Below the pieces are notes generated by a model. The model worked only from the letters and a program-made list of their open reading frames with translations. It ran no database searches and was not told the DNA's origin. A stretch of 64,000 nt of DNA, taken from positions 4,256,001 to 4,320,000 of the forward strand of contig CAWAIF010000003.1 in assembly GCA_963782055.1 (NCBI GenBank), given 5' to 3'. Below are positions 8,163 to 16,989 of this stretch, one piece after another. The position numbers and the translations under genes are program-made. Source of the stretch: an uncultured delta proteobacterium. GTDB lineage: Bacteria; Myxococcota_A; Polyangia; Polyangiales; Polyangiaceae. The stretch's first letter is position 1; every line of letters begins with the position of its first letter.

Positions 8163-11026
8163 GCGGCCCCCAGCGCGCGGCGCACGTAGAGCCGCAGCAG
8201 CTCCGGCGACGCCTCCGGACACACGATGCCGCTGCCGGCCAGCGCGGCGATGGCGCGCTCCGTCCCGAACGTCGCGCCCGTCGCCTGGAACAGGTCCACC
8301 GTGCGGTAGCGCTCGGGACGCGCCCCCGAGAGCGCGCGGCCCAGCGCCACGAACGCCGCGGCGTCCTCCTCGGCCTCGCCGCGCCGCAGCGCCGCCACCC
8401 GCGCGCGCCACGCCGCTTCCCCCACCGCGCGGGCGGGCGCGCCCTCCGCCGCCATCGCCGCGAGCAGCGCGTCGAGCGTCGCCCCGTGAGGGCTCGCCAC
8501 GTGCAGCGCGCACGTCCCCGCCGGCGGCGCCGCGACCACGTGCGCCACCGCGGCCGCGGCGAAGTCCACCGGCGTCACGTCGAAGCGCAGCCCCGCGCGC
8601 AGCGCCGCCGCCGGCACGCACCCCGCGCGCGCGGTGCCCCGCACGAACATCCCGAGCAGGTCTCGCGCCGGCGCGTGACCCGTGCGCGAGTCCCCGGTCA
8701 CCAGCCCGAGGCGATGCACCACGACCGGGCCCAGCCGCGCCCCCGCCGCGCGCGCGACCTCCTCCGCCCCCCACTTGCTCTGGGCGTAGCCGCCGTGCAC
8801 CGCGCGCGCCTCGCGCAGGTCGTCGTCCTCCACGTGCGCGCCGCGCGGACAATCGCTCGCCACGAACACCGAGAGCGTCGAGACGTGGTGCAGGCGCTTC
8901 GGCCGGCCCTCAGCGAGCAGCCGCGCCACCTCCGCCGTGCCGCCCACGTTCGCCGCGCGCAGGCGCTCGTACGGCCACACGAGGTGCACCACCGCGCCGG
9001 CGTGCACGATGGCGTCCACCTCGCGCGCCGCCGCCGACCACTCCGCCTCGCGCAGCCCGAGTCGCGGGCGCTCCAGGTCCCCGACCAGCACGCCCAGCCG
9101 CGCGCGCTGCTCCGCCCCCGGCGTCATGCCGTGCGCGGCCATCGCGGCGAGCACCCGGTCGCGCGCGTGCGACGCGTCGCGCCCGCGCGCCAGGCAGCGC
9201 ACCCGCGCGCCCGTCCGGTCGAGGAGCGTGGCCACCAGCCGCGCGCCGAAGAAGCCCGTCGCGCCCGTCACCAGCACCGTGCCCGGCGCGCCCGCCGTCG
9301 CCGCGCGGAACGCGCCCGTGCGAAGAGGCCCCATCGCCCGCGCCGCGTCGCGCCGCAGCTCCTGCGCGCCGCGCGCGTCGTCCGATCGCGCGCGCAGCAT
9401 CGCGCGCGCCGTGCGCCCCTCGACGATGGCGGGCGGCGAGACGATCAGACCTCGCGCCTCCGCCGCCGCGGCGAGCTCCAGCACCGCCATCGAGTCGGCG
9501 CCCAGGGCGAAGAAGTCCGCCTCCGGGTCCACCGCCGCGAGGCGCAGCACCTCGGCGATCGCCGCGCACAGCGCGACCTCCGCGGGATCCCGCGGCGTCG
9601 TGGTCGCCGGCAGCGCTTCGCCCGCCGCCGGCCGCAGGTCCACCAGACGCGGCAGGTCCACCTTCCCCGCCGGGGTGCGCGGCAGCGCCTCGCACGCCAC
9701 CCACCGCGCCGGCACCATCCACGCCGGCAGCGTCGCGCCGAGGTGCTCGCGCAGCGCCTCCGCGGGCGCCTCGCCCGCGACGAAGGCGGTGAGCACCCGC
9801 CCCTCGGGCACCACCGCGCACTCCCGCACCGCGGGGTGCTCCAGCAGCTTCGCCTCGATCTCCTCCGGCTCCACCCGCCGGCCGGCGAGCTTCACCTGCC
9901 GGTCCAGCCGCCCGAGAAACACCGGCCCCGCCGCCCCGCGCCGCACCCGGTCGCCGGTGCGGTACCAGCGCTCGCCCTCGCGCACGACGAAGCGCCCGGC
10001 GGTGAGCTCCGGGCGCAGCAGGTAGCCGCGCGCCAGACCGGGTCCGGCAATCCACAGCTCGCCCTCCTCCCCCTCCGCGACCTCCCGCAGCGCGCGGTCG
10101 ACCACCTCGAGGCGCGCGCCGCCGATCGCCTCCCCCAGCCGCGGCTCGTTCCAGGTCGTGTCGCACACGCACCCGCTGGCGCAGATGGTCGCCTCCGTGG
10201 GCCCGTAGACGTTGACCACGCGCACCCGCGCGGCGAGCCGGCGCACCGCGTCCGGCGGACACACCTCGCCCCCCACCACGATCGACCGCAGCCCCGGCGG
10301 AAGCGCGCACCGCGCAAGCAGCGCCGCCACCGCCGGCGGCAGATCGGCGTGAGTGACGCCCAGCTCCCCCATCCGCCGCGCGAGCGCCGCGGGCGCCAGC
10401 TCGCCCGCCCCCCCGTCGATCACCAGCGTGCCGCCCGCGAGCAGCACCGTCCCCACGTCGGAGATGGAGGCGTCGAAGCCGGGCGAGAGCACCCAGAGCG
10501 CCCGCGTCGAGGCGTCGACGCCGAAGAGGCGCACCTGATCGTCGAGCACCCCGAGCAGGCCCCGATGCTCCACCAGCACCCCCTTCGGCGCGCCGCTCGT
10601 TCCGGAGGTGTAGACCACGTAGGCGAGGTCGCCGTCCGCCCCCACCTCGTTGCCCGCCGCCTCGTGCGGCGCCCCGTCCGGACCCGCCGCGCCACGCATG
10701 CGCATCCACGCCGCGTCGATGACCGCGCCCGCCCGCGCGTCCTGCAGCATCCAGCGCGCCCGCGCCTCCGGCAGCGCACAGTCCACCGGCAAGAACGCGG
10801 CGCGCGCGTACCAGGCGCCGAGCATGGCCGCCACCAGGTCCGCCGAGCGCGGCAGTCGCAGCGCCACCACGTCCTCTCTCCCCGCGCCGACCGCGCGCAG
10901 GCCCACCGCCACCGCGAGCGCGCGCCGCCGCAGCTCGGCGTAGCTCACCCGCACGCCGTCCTGCTCCACGGCCGCGAGCGCGCCGCGCTCCCGCGCCACG
11001 GCCTCGAAGCGCGCGACGAAGGTCAC
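8159..11026 (-). CDS. Single-module NRPS-like protein (adenylation - thiolation - thioester reductase)
   Basis: A domain: YTSGTSGAPKG, FDAS, NVYGPTE, YRTGD, GKVD. T domain: DFFALGADS. R domain: TGATGFFG, YAQSK. GTG start at 11026 overlaps the upstream TGA. Confidence 0.92.
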   Translation of the reverse strand: MTFVARFEAVARERGALAAVEQDGVRVSYAELRRRALAVAVGLRAVGAGREDVVALRLPRSADLVAAMLGAWYARAAFLPVDCALPEARARWMLQDARAGAVIDAAWMRMRGAAGPDGAPHEAAGNEVGADGDLAYVVYTSGTSGAPKGVLVEHRGLLGVLDDQVRLFGVDASTRALWVLSPGFDASISDVGTVLLAGGTLVIDGGAGELAPAALARRMGELGVTHADLPPAVAALLARCALPPGLRSIVVGGEVCPPDAVRRLAARVRVVNVYGPTEATICASGCVCDTTWNEPRLGEAIGGARLEVVDRALREVAEGEEGELWIAGPGLARGYLLRPELTAGRFVVREGERWYRTGDRVRRGAAGPVFLGRLDRQVKLAGRRVEPEEIEAKLLEHPAVRECAVVPEGRVLTAFVAGEAPAEALREHLGATLPAWMVPARWVACEALPRTPAGKVDLPRLVDLRPAAGEALPATTTPRDPAEVALCAAIAEVLRLAAVDPEADFFALGADSMAVLELAAAAEARGLIVSPPAIVEGRTARAMLRARSDDARGAQELRRDAARAMGPLRTGAFRAATAGAPGTVLVTGATGFFGARLVATLLDRTGARVRCLARGRDASHARDRVLAAMAAHGMTPGAEQRARLGVLVGDLERPRLGLREAEWSAAAREVDAIVHAGAVVHLVWPYERLRAANVGGTAEVARLLAEGRPKRLHHVSTLSVFVASDCPRGAHVEDDDLREARAVHGGYAQSKWGAEEVARAAGARLGPVVVHRLGLVTGDSRTGHAPARDLLGMFVRGTARAGCVPAAALRAGLRFDVTPVDFAAAAVAHVVAAPPAGTCALHVASPHGATLDALLAAMAAEGAPARAVGEAAWRARVAALRRGEAEEDAAAFVALGRALSGARPERYRTVDLFQATGATFGTERAIAALAGSGIVCPEASPELLRLYVRRALGAA

Positions 11027-11817
11027 CGCGGCACCTCGTAGTCCTCCAGCGTGGAGCCGCGCGAGCGGTTGTCCTCGTCCGGCGCGCCCAGGCCCGCGGC
11101 GTGATCCCCCAGGTGGACCACGCGCACGTCGATCGAGAAGCGCGTCCGCCCGCTGTCGTGGGCGCGCGTGGCGTGCAGATGCGCGGCGGAGAAGAGCACC
11201 AGCTCCCCCGCGCTTGCGGCGATGGGCATCCCCTCGTCGGGCGGCGACCCGAGCAGCCGCGGGTAGGGCGCGTCCGGAGCGGGCCGCGGGTTCTGGAAGC
11301 CCACACCGGCGCGCCACGCCGCGTAGTCGAAGGACGCCGAGTCGTTGGGCACCGCGCACCCGAAGGCGCCCGTGTGGATCACGAACGTCTCCTCCGCCCG
11401 CGCGTCGAGGAGCGGCGTCCACACGTTGATCTGCGCGCGCGGGTTGGCGTACCAGGTGTCGCGGTGCGCGTGGTAGGCCGGCGCCGCGGCCGCCACGCGA
11501 TGCCCGCCGCTCGGCACGACGCGCAGGCGCGGCGTGTCCACCGCGTGCTCCGCCGGGTCGATCCCGGCGGCCACCAGCGCCGCACGCACCGCCTCGCGCA
11601 CCTGCGCGTCCGCCGCGATCTCCCCCCGCAGCGCGGTGACGCGCTCGAACAGCGCGGCAGGCGAGAGGCGCTCGTGCACCGTCGAGAGCGGCAGCGCCCC
11701 GGAGAAGGCGCGCTCCGCCCGCGCCACCAGCAGCTCCGCGAGCGCCCGGCTCTGCGCCGACGCCGCGACGCGCACCACCTCCCCGCGGTAGAGCGCTCGC
11801 CGCCGCTCGGCGCTCAC
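11023..11817 (-). CDS. Putative Fe(II)/2-oxoglutarate-type oxygenase (PhyH-like)
   Basis: HRD..INVWTPL..GELVLFSAAHLH..RFSIDVR gives an HxD...H triad plus a downstream Arg. GTGA overlap with the upstream gene. Confidence 0.65.
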   Translation of the reverse strand: MSAERRRALYRGEVVRVAASAQSRALAELLVARAERAFSGALPLSTVHERLSPAALFERVTALRGEIAADAQVREAVRAALVAAGIDPAEHAVDTPRLRVVPSGGHRVAAAAPAYHAHRDTWYANPRAQINVWTPLLDARAEETFVIHTGAFGCAVPNDSASFDYAAWRAGVGFQNPRPAPDAPYPRLLGSPPDEGMPIAASAGELVLFSAAHLHATRAHDSGRTRFSIDVRVVHLGDHAAGLGAPDEDNRSRGSTLEDYEVPR

Positions 11818-12578
11818 GACGGCCTCCGCGCCAGCGCGATGCACCGCTCGCTCTCCAGCGTCAGCGGCTCGCACCGCAGGCTCCCGGCGAGCTCCACCTC
11901 CCCGAACCCCGCCTCCTCCAGCAGCCGCACGATCTCGTGCGGGGCGTAGAGCCGGGTGGAGCCGCGCCGCGCGATCCGCTCGCCCGAGGGCATCTCGTAG
12001 GTCCAGGTCTGGTCCAGCGTGCCGCGCCGCAGGTCGAGCGAGGACTCGCGCACCACCCGCACCTCCCCCGCAGGCACGACGTGGCGCGAGATCATCACCG
12101 GCGCGAAGCGCGCGAGCACGCCGGGCACGTTGGGGTAGTCCAGCGCGAAGCAGCCGCCGGGGCGCAGCGAGTCGTGCGCGGCCCGCAGCATCGCCACGTT
12201 ACGCGCGTCGCTCTCGGCGTGGCCGAAGCTCGTCGCCCAGTTGAAGGCGCCGTCGCAGGGCTCGGGCGCCACGAAGCGCTCGGCGTCGCCGTGGGCGATC
12301 GCGCAGCGGACCCCCGCGTCCCCCGCCGCCGCGCGCGCCCGCCGCACGTACTCCGCCGACTGGTCCACGCCCACGACGAAGACGCCTCGCCGCGCGAGCG
12401 GCACCGCCAGCCGCCCGACGCCGCAGCCCTGATCGAGCACGCGCGAGCCCGCGCCCGCGCCGAGCACCCCCACCAGGAAGGCGACCGTCGCGTCCACCGT
12501 CTCGGCGTGGAGCGTCTCCAGGACCACGTCGGCGAACACGTCGTCGTAGAACGCCGGCCACCAGTCCCGCGCGTTCAC
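11814..12578 (-). CDS. Class I SAM-dependent methyltransferase
   Basis: VLDQGCGVGR, GVDQS and LRPGG motifs. GTGA overlap with the upstream gene. Confidence 0.88.
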   Translation of the reverse strand: MNARDWWPAFYDDVFADVVLETLHAETVDATVAFLVGVLGAGAGSRVLDQGCGVGRLAVPLARRGVFVVGVDQSAEYVRRARAAAGDAGVRCAIAHGDAERFVAPEPCDGAFNWATSFGHAESDARNVAMLRAAHDSLRPGGCFALDYPNVPGVLARFAPVMISRHVVPAGEVRVVRESSLDLRRGTLDQTWTYEMPSGERIARRGSTRLYAPHEIVRLLEEAGFGEVELAGSLRCEPLTLESERCIALARRPS

Positions 12579-14470
12579 GAGGCCCCCAGGCGGTAGCGCG
12601 CCTCGAGGAGGCTCGCCGAGAGCACCATCATCAGCGCGGGGTCCCACGCGTGCCGCTCGGCGGGCGAGAGCGCGTCCAGCCCCTCGAGCCGACGCACGAC
12701 GGCCGCCCTGTCGAACGCGGGCGGCAGCGAGGGTCCTCGCAGCACGTCGTCGGCCAGCGCGCGGGCGGCCGAGCCGGCGCGCCAGAGCGGGGGCGCCATG
12801 AAGGGGTGCTTGCGCCGGCGCACCACCGCCTCGGGCAGCAGCGGCGCCATCGCCTCGCGCAGCACGTGCTTCTCCACCTCCCCGGCGATCTTCACCTCGG
12901 TGGGGAGCGTCCGCACGAAGGCGAACAGCTCGTGGTCGAGCATGGGGAGGCGCCCCTCCACCGAGTGCGCCATCTCCATTCCATCCCCCAGCGTCCGGAG
13001 GATGTAGCCGGCGAGGGCGAGCTTGGTCCACGTGTACGCGGCCTGGTCGACCCGGTCCCGCCCCGCGAGCTGCGCCGGATCGAAGGACGCGACCATCTGC
13101 GCGTACGGGTCCCCCGCCGCGTGGGCGCGCAGGAACCCGGGCGCCGCCAGCGACGTCACCCGCCTGCCCAGCGCCGCCTTCGCCTCCATCCAGCTCGGCA
13201 CGAAGCCGAGGGCGGAGCGCACCGCGTCCAGCGGAAGCCCCTCGCCCACCGGCATCATGATCCCCGCCGACGCGCCGTTCGCCGCGGCGAGGCGCGCCAC
13301 GCGATCGGCCCCCGCCCCGGCGGCGAGCAGGCCGTCGCGCCGGAAGTGCGGGTAGCCAGCGAGGACCTCGTCGGCGCCCTCCCCCGTCATCACCACACGA
13401 AAGCCCGCGTCGCGCACCGCGCGGCTGAGCAGGAACTTCGCGGCGGCGTGGGCGTTGACCACCAGCCCCTCACCGTGGGCGATCGCGTCGGGCAGGGCGC
13501 GCGCCAGGTCCTGCTGCGACGCGCGCACGGTGATCAGGCGCGCCCCCAGGCGGTCCGCCGTCTGCTGCGCCAGGCCGAGCTCGTCGTAGTCGTCGTGGTC
13601 GAAGGAGACGGTGAAGCAGGTGATCGGCCCGCGCGCCCGCCGCGCGGCGAGCGCCGCCACCGCGCTGGAATCCAGGCCGCCGCTCAGCTGGAAGGCGACG
13701 GGCACGTCGGCGCGCATCCGCAGGCGCACCGCCTCGTCCAGCCGCTCGCCGAGCGCCGAGGCCACCTCCGGCGGCGCCAGCTTCTCCTCCGCGCGCGGGA
13801 CATCCAGGTCCCACCAGCGCGCGGTGCGCACGCCGGCGGAGGTGGCGGTGAGCATCGTCCCCGGCGGCACCTGCCGCACGCCCTCGAAGAGGGTGCGGTC
13901 TTCTTGCGTGTATTGTGCATGCATCGCGAAGGCGAGCGCGGCGGCGTCCCATCGCGCGGGCACGCCCATCGCGAAGAGGGCCTTGGCCTCCGAGGCGACG
14001 AGCAGCGCGCCCCCCGCCCGTGCGTACACCAGCGGCCGCACGCCGAAGCGGTCACGGGCGCAGAAGAGGCGGCGCGCGCGCGCGTCCCACAGCGCGAAGG
14101 CGAACTCCCCGCGCAGGTGCCGCAGGCAGTCCTCCCCGTGCTCCTCGTAGAGGTGCAGCAGGATCTCCGAGTCGCTCCGCGTCCGGAAGCGGTGGCCGCG
14201 GCGCTCCAGGTCTGCGCGGATGCGCGCGTCGTCGTAGAGCTCGCCGGTGACGACGGCGACGACCGCACCATCCTCGCTCGCCAGAGGCTGCGCGCCGCCG
14301 GCGGGGTCCACGATGGCGAGCCGCACGTGGCCGAGCGCCGCCTCCCCGCCCGGCGCCGTCCACACGCCACGCCCGTCCGGCCCGCGGTGGACGAGGGCCT
14401 CCAGGCCGCGCTCCACGCGCGCGGCGCACACCGGCGCCTCCGGCGAGAAGAGGGCGACGAGGCCGCACAT
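12575..14470 (-). CDS. asnB: Asparagine synthase (glutamine-hydrolysing)-like amidotransferase
   Basis: N-terminal MCG, HRGPD, RDRFGVRPL, LSGGLDSS, GEGADE, MAHSVEGRLP. Confidence 0.92.
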   Translation of the reverse strand: MCGLVALFSPEAPVCAARVERGLEALVHRGPDGRGVWTAPGGEAALGHVRLAIVDPAGGAQPLASEDGAVVAVVTGELYDDARIRADLERRGHRFRTRSDSEILLHLYEEHGEDCLRHLRGEFAFALWDARARRLFCARDRFGVRPLVYARAGGALLVASEAKALFAMGVPARWDAAALAFAMHAQYTQEDRTLFEGVRQVPPGTMLTATSAGVRTARWWDLDVPRAEEKLAPPEVASALGERLDEAVRLRMRADVPVAFQLSGGLDSSAVAALAARRARGPITCFTVSFDHDDYDELGLAQQTADRLGARLITVRASQQDLARALPDAIAHGEGLVVNAHAAAKFLLSRAVRDAGFRVVMTGEGADEVLAGYPHFRRDGLLAAGAGADRVARLAAANGASAGIMMPVGEGLPLDAVRSALGFVPSWMEAKAALGRRVTSLAAPGFLRAHAAGDPYAQMVASFDPAQLAGRDRVDQAAYTWTKLALAGYILRTLGDGMEMAHSVEGRLPMLDHELFAFVRTLPTEVKIAGEVEKHVLREAMAPLLPEAVVRRRKHPFMAPPLWRAGSAARALADDVLRGPSLPPAFDRAAVVRRLEGLDALSPAERHAWDPALMMVLSASLLEARYRLGAS

Positions 14471-14471
14471 C

Positions 14472-15401
14472 TCAGTCCGCGCGCTCCGGGCCGGCGTCGA
14501 TGCGAAGGAAGACCTTGCGCGCCTCGCTCGCGCGGGCGGCCGCGAAGGCGCGGCGATGATCGCCCAGCGCGAAGGTCTCGCCGAGCAGATCGGACACGTC
14601 GACGCGACCGGTGGCCAGCCAGGCCACCGCCTCCTCGAAGGAGCCGTAGCTCACCGCGCGCAGGACGAGGTCCTTGCGCACGGCGAGGCCCACGTCCAGC
14701 GGCACCGGCGTGTGCGAGCGGCTCTTGAGCACCAGCGTGCCGCCCGGACGCAGGGCGCGGAGCATCGCGTCCATCGCCCGCGCGTCGGCCACCGACTCCA
14801 CGACCCAGTCCAGGCCCGGCGGCAGCGGACGGGCCGGGTCGCATGCGGGCACGTCCCCGAACCCGGCGGCGGCGAGCACGCGCACGATCAAGGTGGGGAT
14901 ACGGCCGGTGCCCACCACCGCGCCCCGCCCGCCGAGGTCCAGGCCGGCGCGCAGGACGCCGAGCGCCGCGGCGAGCGGCTCGGTGTACGCGGCCAGGCGG
15001 AAGGGCAGCGCCGGGGGCACCAGCAGCACCGCGCGGGCGGGCACGCGCAGGGCGCCGGCGAAGGCGCCGTCGCGGTCCACGCCGAGCAGCGCCGGGGACG
15101 CGCACCGCTCCCCGCGCGTGCACTCCACGCACGCGCCGCACGGCACCGAGGGGACGACCGTCACGCGATCGCCCGGGCGCAGGGGCGCCGCCGCCGCGCC
15201 CACCTGGGTCACGGTGCCGGCGAGCTCGTGCCCCAGCACCACCGGGTCGGCCGACGGGAGCAGGCCGTCGGCGACGTAGAGATCGGTGCGACAGATGCCG
15301 GCCACCGCGACGTCGATCACGACGTCGTCGCTCGCGACCGGCGCGAGCGGCGGCACGGTGCGCAGCGACACCTCACCTGCCTGTTTGACGAGAGCGTGCA
15401 T
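14472..15401 (-). CDS. Zinc-binding (MDR family) alcohol dehydrogenase
   Basis: GICRTD, GHE and a structural-zinc motif CGACVECTRGERC. SD GGAGGAG at 15411-15417. Confidence 0.88.
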   Translation of the reverse strand: MHALVKQAGEVSLRTVPPLAPVASDDVVIDVAVAGICRTDLYVADGLLPSADPVVLGHELAGTVTQVGAAAAPLRPGDRVTVVPSVPCGACVECTRGERCASPALLGVDRDGAFAGALRVPARAVLLVPPALPFRLAAYTEPLAAALGVLRAGLDLGGRGAVVGTGRIPTLIVRVLAAAGFGDVPACDPARPLPPGLDWVVESVADARAMDAMLRALRPGGTLVLKSRSHTPVPLDVGLAVRKDLVLRAVSYGSFEEAVAWLATGRVDVSDLLGETFALGDHRRAFAAARASEARKVFLRIDAGPERAD

Positions 15402-15478
15402 GGGACCTTGCTCCTCCAGAAGCCCAGGATCGGGCCAGGCATTCCCGCCTGGGAAGGGACGGCTCGCCGATTCGGTAG

Positions 15479-15512
15479 ATAGAGTTATAATGACTCTTTA
15501 GGCCCACGCAAG
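15479..15512 (-). promoter_or_regulatory. Palindromic operator AGAGT-N7-ACTCT (NrtR-like GT-N7-AC box) overlapping a sigma70-like promoter
   Basis: AT-rich patch atAGAGTtataatgACTCTtt (15479-15499). The minus strand reads TTGCGT-N16-TATAAC, upstream of the dehydrogenase-to-nadR operon. Confidence 0.65.
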
Positions 15513-15542
15513 GCCCCCTCCGTCGGCGCGCCCGGGCGCGCG

Positions 15543-15980
15543 TCACCCGGTGGGCTCCACCTTCACGTTCACGTCCACGCCGGCGCGCACGCTCTGGGTC
15601 ACCACGCAGAAGTCCTCGAAGGTCCCGAGGCACTTGTGCAGCGCCGCGTCGTCGGCGGCGACGCCCGGGCGGATGACGACGTCGACCTTGCCCACGCGCA
15701 GCCGCTTCTCCTCGTTGCGCACCATCTCCACGTGCACGTCCGACTTCAGGTCGGTGAGCGTGACCCCGGCGCGCTTGAGGCAGAACAGGAGGCTCGCCGA
15801 CAGGCAGTCGCCGATCGCGGCCGCGAGCAGCCGCGCGGGGTTGGGGCCACGGTCCTGACCGAGGGGGGGCGGCTCGTCGAGGGTGAGCTCGGCGTAGGTG
15901 TCCTTGTCGAAGCGGACCCGAAACTCGAAGTCGTCGACCTGCTCGATGTGAAGGTCGAAGTGACCGGCGGGGGTTGTCAT
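15543..15980 (-). CDS. OsmC-family protein
   Basis: GPNPARLLAAAIGDCL and a second Cys in DFCVVTQSV. Confidence 0.85.
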   Translation of the reverse strand: MTTPAGHFDLHIEQVDDFEFRVRFDKDTYAELTLDEPPPLGQDRGPNPARLLAAAIGDCLSASLLFCLKRAGVTLTDLKSDVHVEMVRNEEKRLRVGKVDVVIRPGVAADDAALHKCLGTFEDFCVVTQSVRAGVDVNVKVEPTG

Positions 15981-16143
15981 GCAACAAGCGTAGCCGAAGC
16001 CGTCACTGCCAGACCAACGGCGAGGCCGCCGCGTCCGGCGGGTTGGGGCCGTGCGCCCCCGTCCGGGCAAGAGGCTGCGGGGCGCGGCGTTTCGTTGTAC
16101 GATGCACACAGGTGGGAATCACCCACGGGGCCCGGAGGGCACC

Positions 16144-16989
16144 ATGATCCTGAAGAACGGCGTCCTTGGCACCGCGCTCGCCCTCCTCGTCGTGACGAGC
16201 TGCGCGAGGGGCAAGTCGGTGGCTGACACGTCCGGCTCTGACGGCGGCTCCACCACGGACGGCGGCGTGATCCCGGATGGTGCTCTGCCGTGCACCGGCT
16301 CCTGCAACGGCGACGAGGACGGCGACGGCGTGCCCGACGGGACGGACAAGTGCCCCGGGACCCCCAAGAACGCGAAGGTCAACAAGGACGGCTGCGCCGA
16401 CTCGCAGCTCAAGCCAAAGCTCGAGCCCAACTTCCCCCCGTACGGCCTCACGTGGACGCCCACCGGCAGCCTCGGCCGGGCGGGCGGACTGACGTGGACG
16501 TACACCGGCATCGACCGTGGCGACCTCTTCCACATCTACTGGATCGTCTGCGACGATCCGGCCGACCCGTGCGGCCTCTCGCTCGACGGGCCGATCGACG
16601 CGCCGGGGGAGAGCTGGGCCTACAGCGCGGGGGACTCGGATCTCCCCAACGGCAAGCTGGTCTTCACCAACACGACCAACATCCTCCTCGCCGACTCGAG
16701 CAAGGTGCCCCTCAGCGGCCGGCTGACGGTGACGATCGTCGACGCCAGCGACGCGCCCATCCCCTTCGTCGACGTGGGCACGCTCGGCGTGACGGCGCGC
16801 GACGGCCAGTACGGCGCCGAGATCACCGGCACCGGCTACAAGGTGACGGCGCTCGCCGAGGTGGAGGACAGCAACACGTCCACGTGGACGCCGTACGACG
16901 ACTACTACGACGCCGCCCCGACGGCCGACACCGGCGACGCCGGCGGGAACGTGTACGTCTCCTTCGGCGCGTCGTTCTACGACAAGTGA
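16144..16989 (+). CDS. Secreted/lipoprotein with a thrombospondin type-3-like Ca-binding repeat
   Basis: Lipobox-like VVTSC and DEDGDGVPDGTDKCPGTP. Confidence 0.7.
   Translation: MILKNGVLGTALALLVVTSCARGKSVADTSGSDGGSTTDGGVIPDGALPCTGSCNGDEDGDGVPDGTDKCPGTPKNAKVNKDGCADSQLKPKLEPNFPPYGLTWTPTGSLGRAGGLTWTYTGIDRGDLFHIYWIVCDDPADPCGLSLDGPIDAPGESWAYSAGDSDLPNGKLVFTNTTNILLADSSKVPLSGRLTVTIVDASDAPIPFVDVGTLGVTARDGQYGAEITGTGYKVTALAEVEDSNTSTWTPYDDYYDAAPTADTGDAGGNVYVSFGASFYDK

Noticed and set aside
12575..14470. AsnB-like gene as a lasso peptide cyclase
   Set aside because: It has an intact N-terminal Cys glutaminase domain, and no B1/B2 proteins or precursor peptide are nearby.
15402..15478. Known riboswitch (TPP, SAM, cobalamin) in the operon leader
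   Set aside because: No recognisable consensus motifs by eye; only generic hairpins.
7954..15482. Long plus-strand and alternate-frame ORFs (e.g. 8486-11041, 12650-14728, 7954-9792)
   Set aside because: These are Arg/Ala/Pro-rich shadow ORFs expected in very high-GC DNA. The minus-strand frames carry the recognisable motifs.
16290..16985. N-terminal 232 aa of the 1412-aa ORF, and similar extensions of ORFs starting at 21112, 22767 and 26835
   Set aside because: They overlap real upstream genes in another frame. True starts were placed at 16986, 22462, 23850 and 27207.
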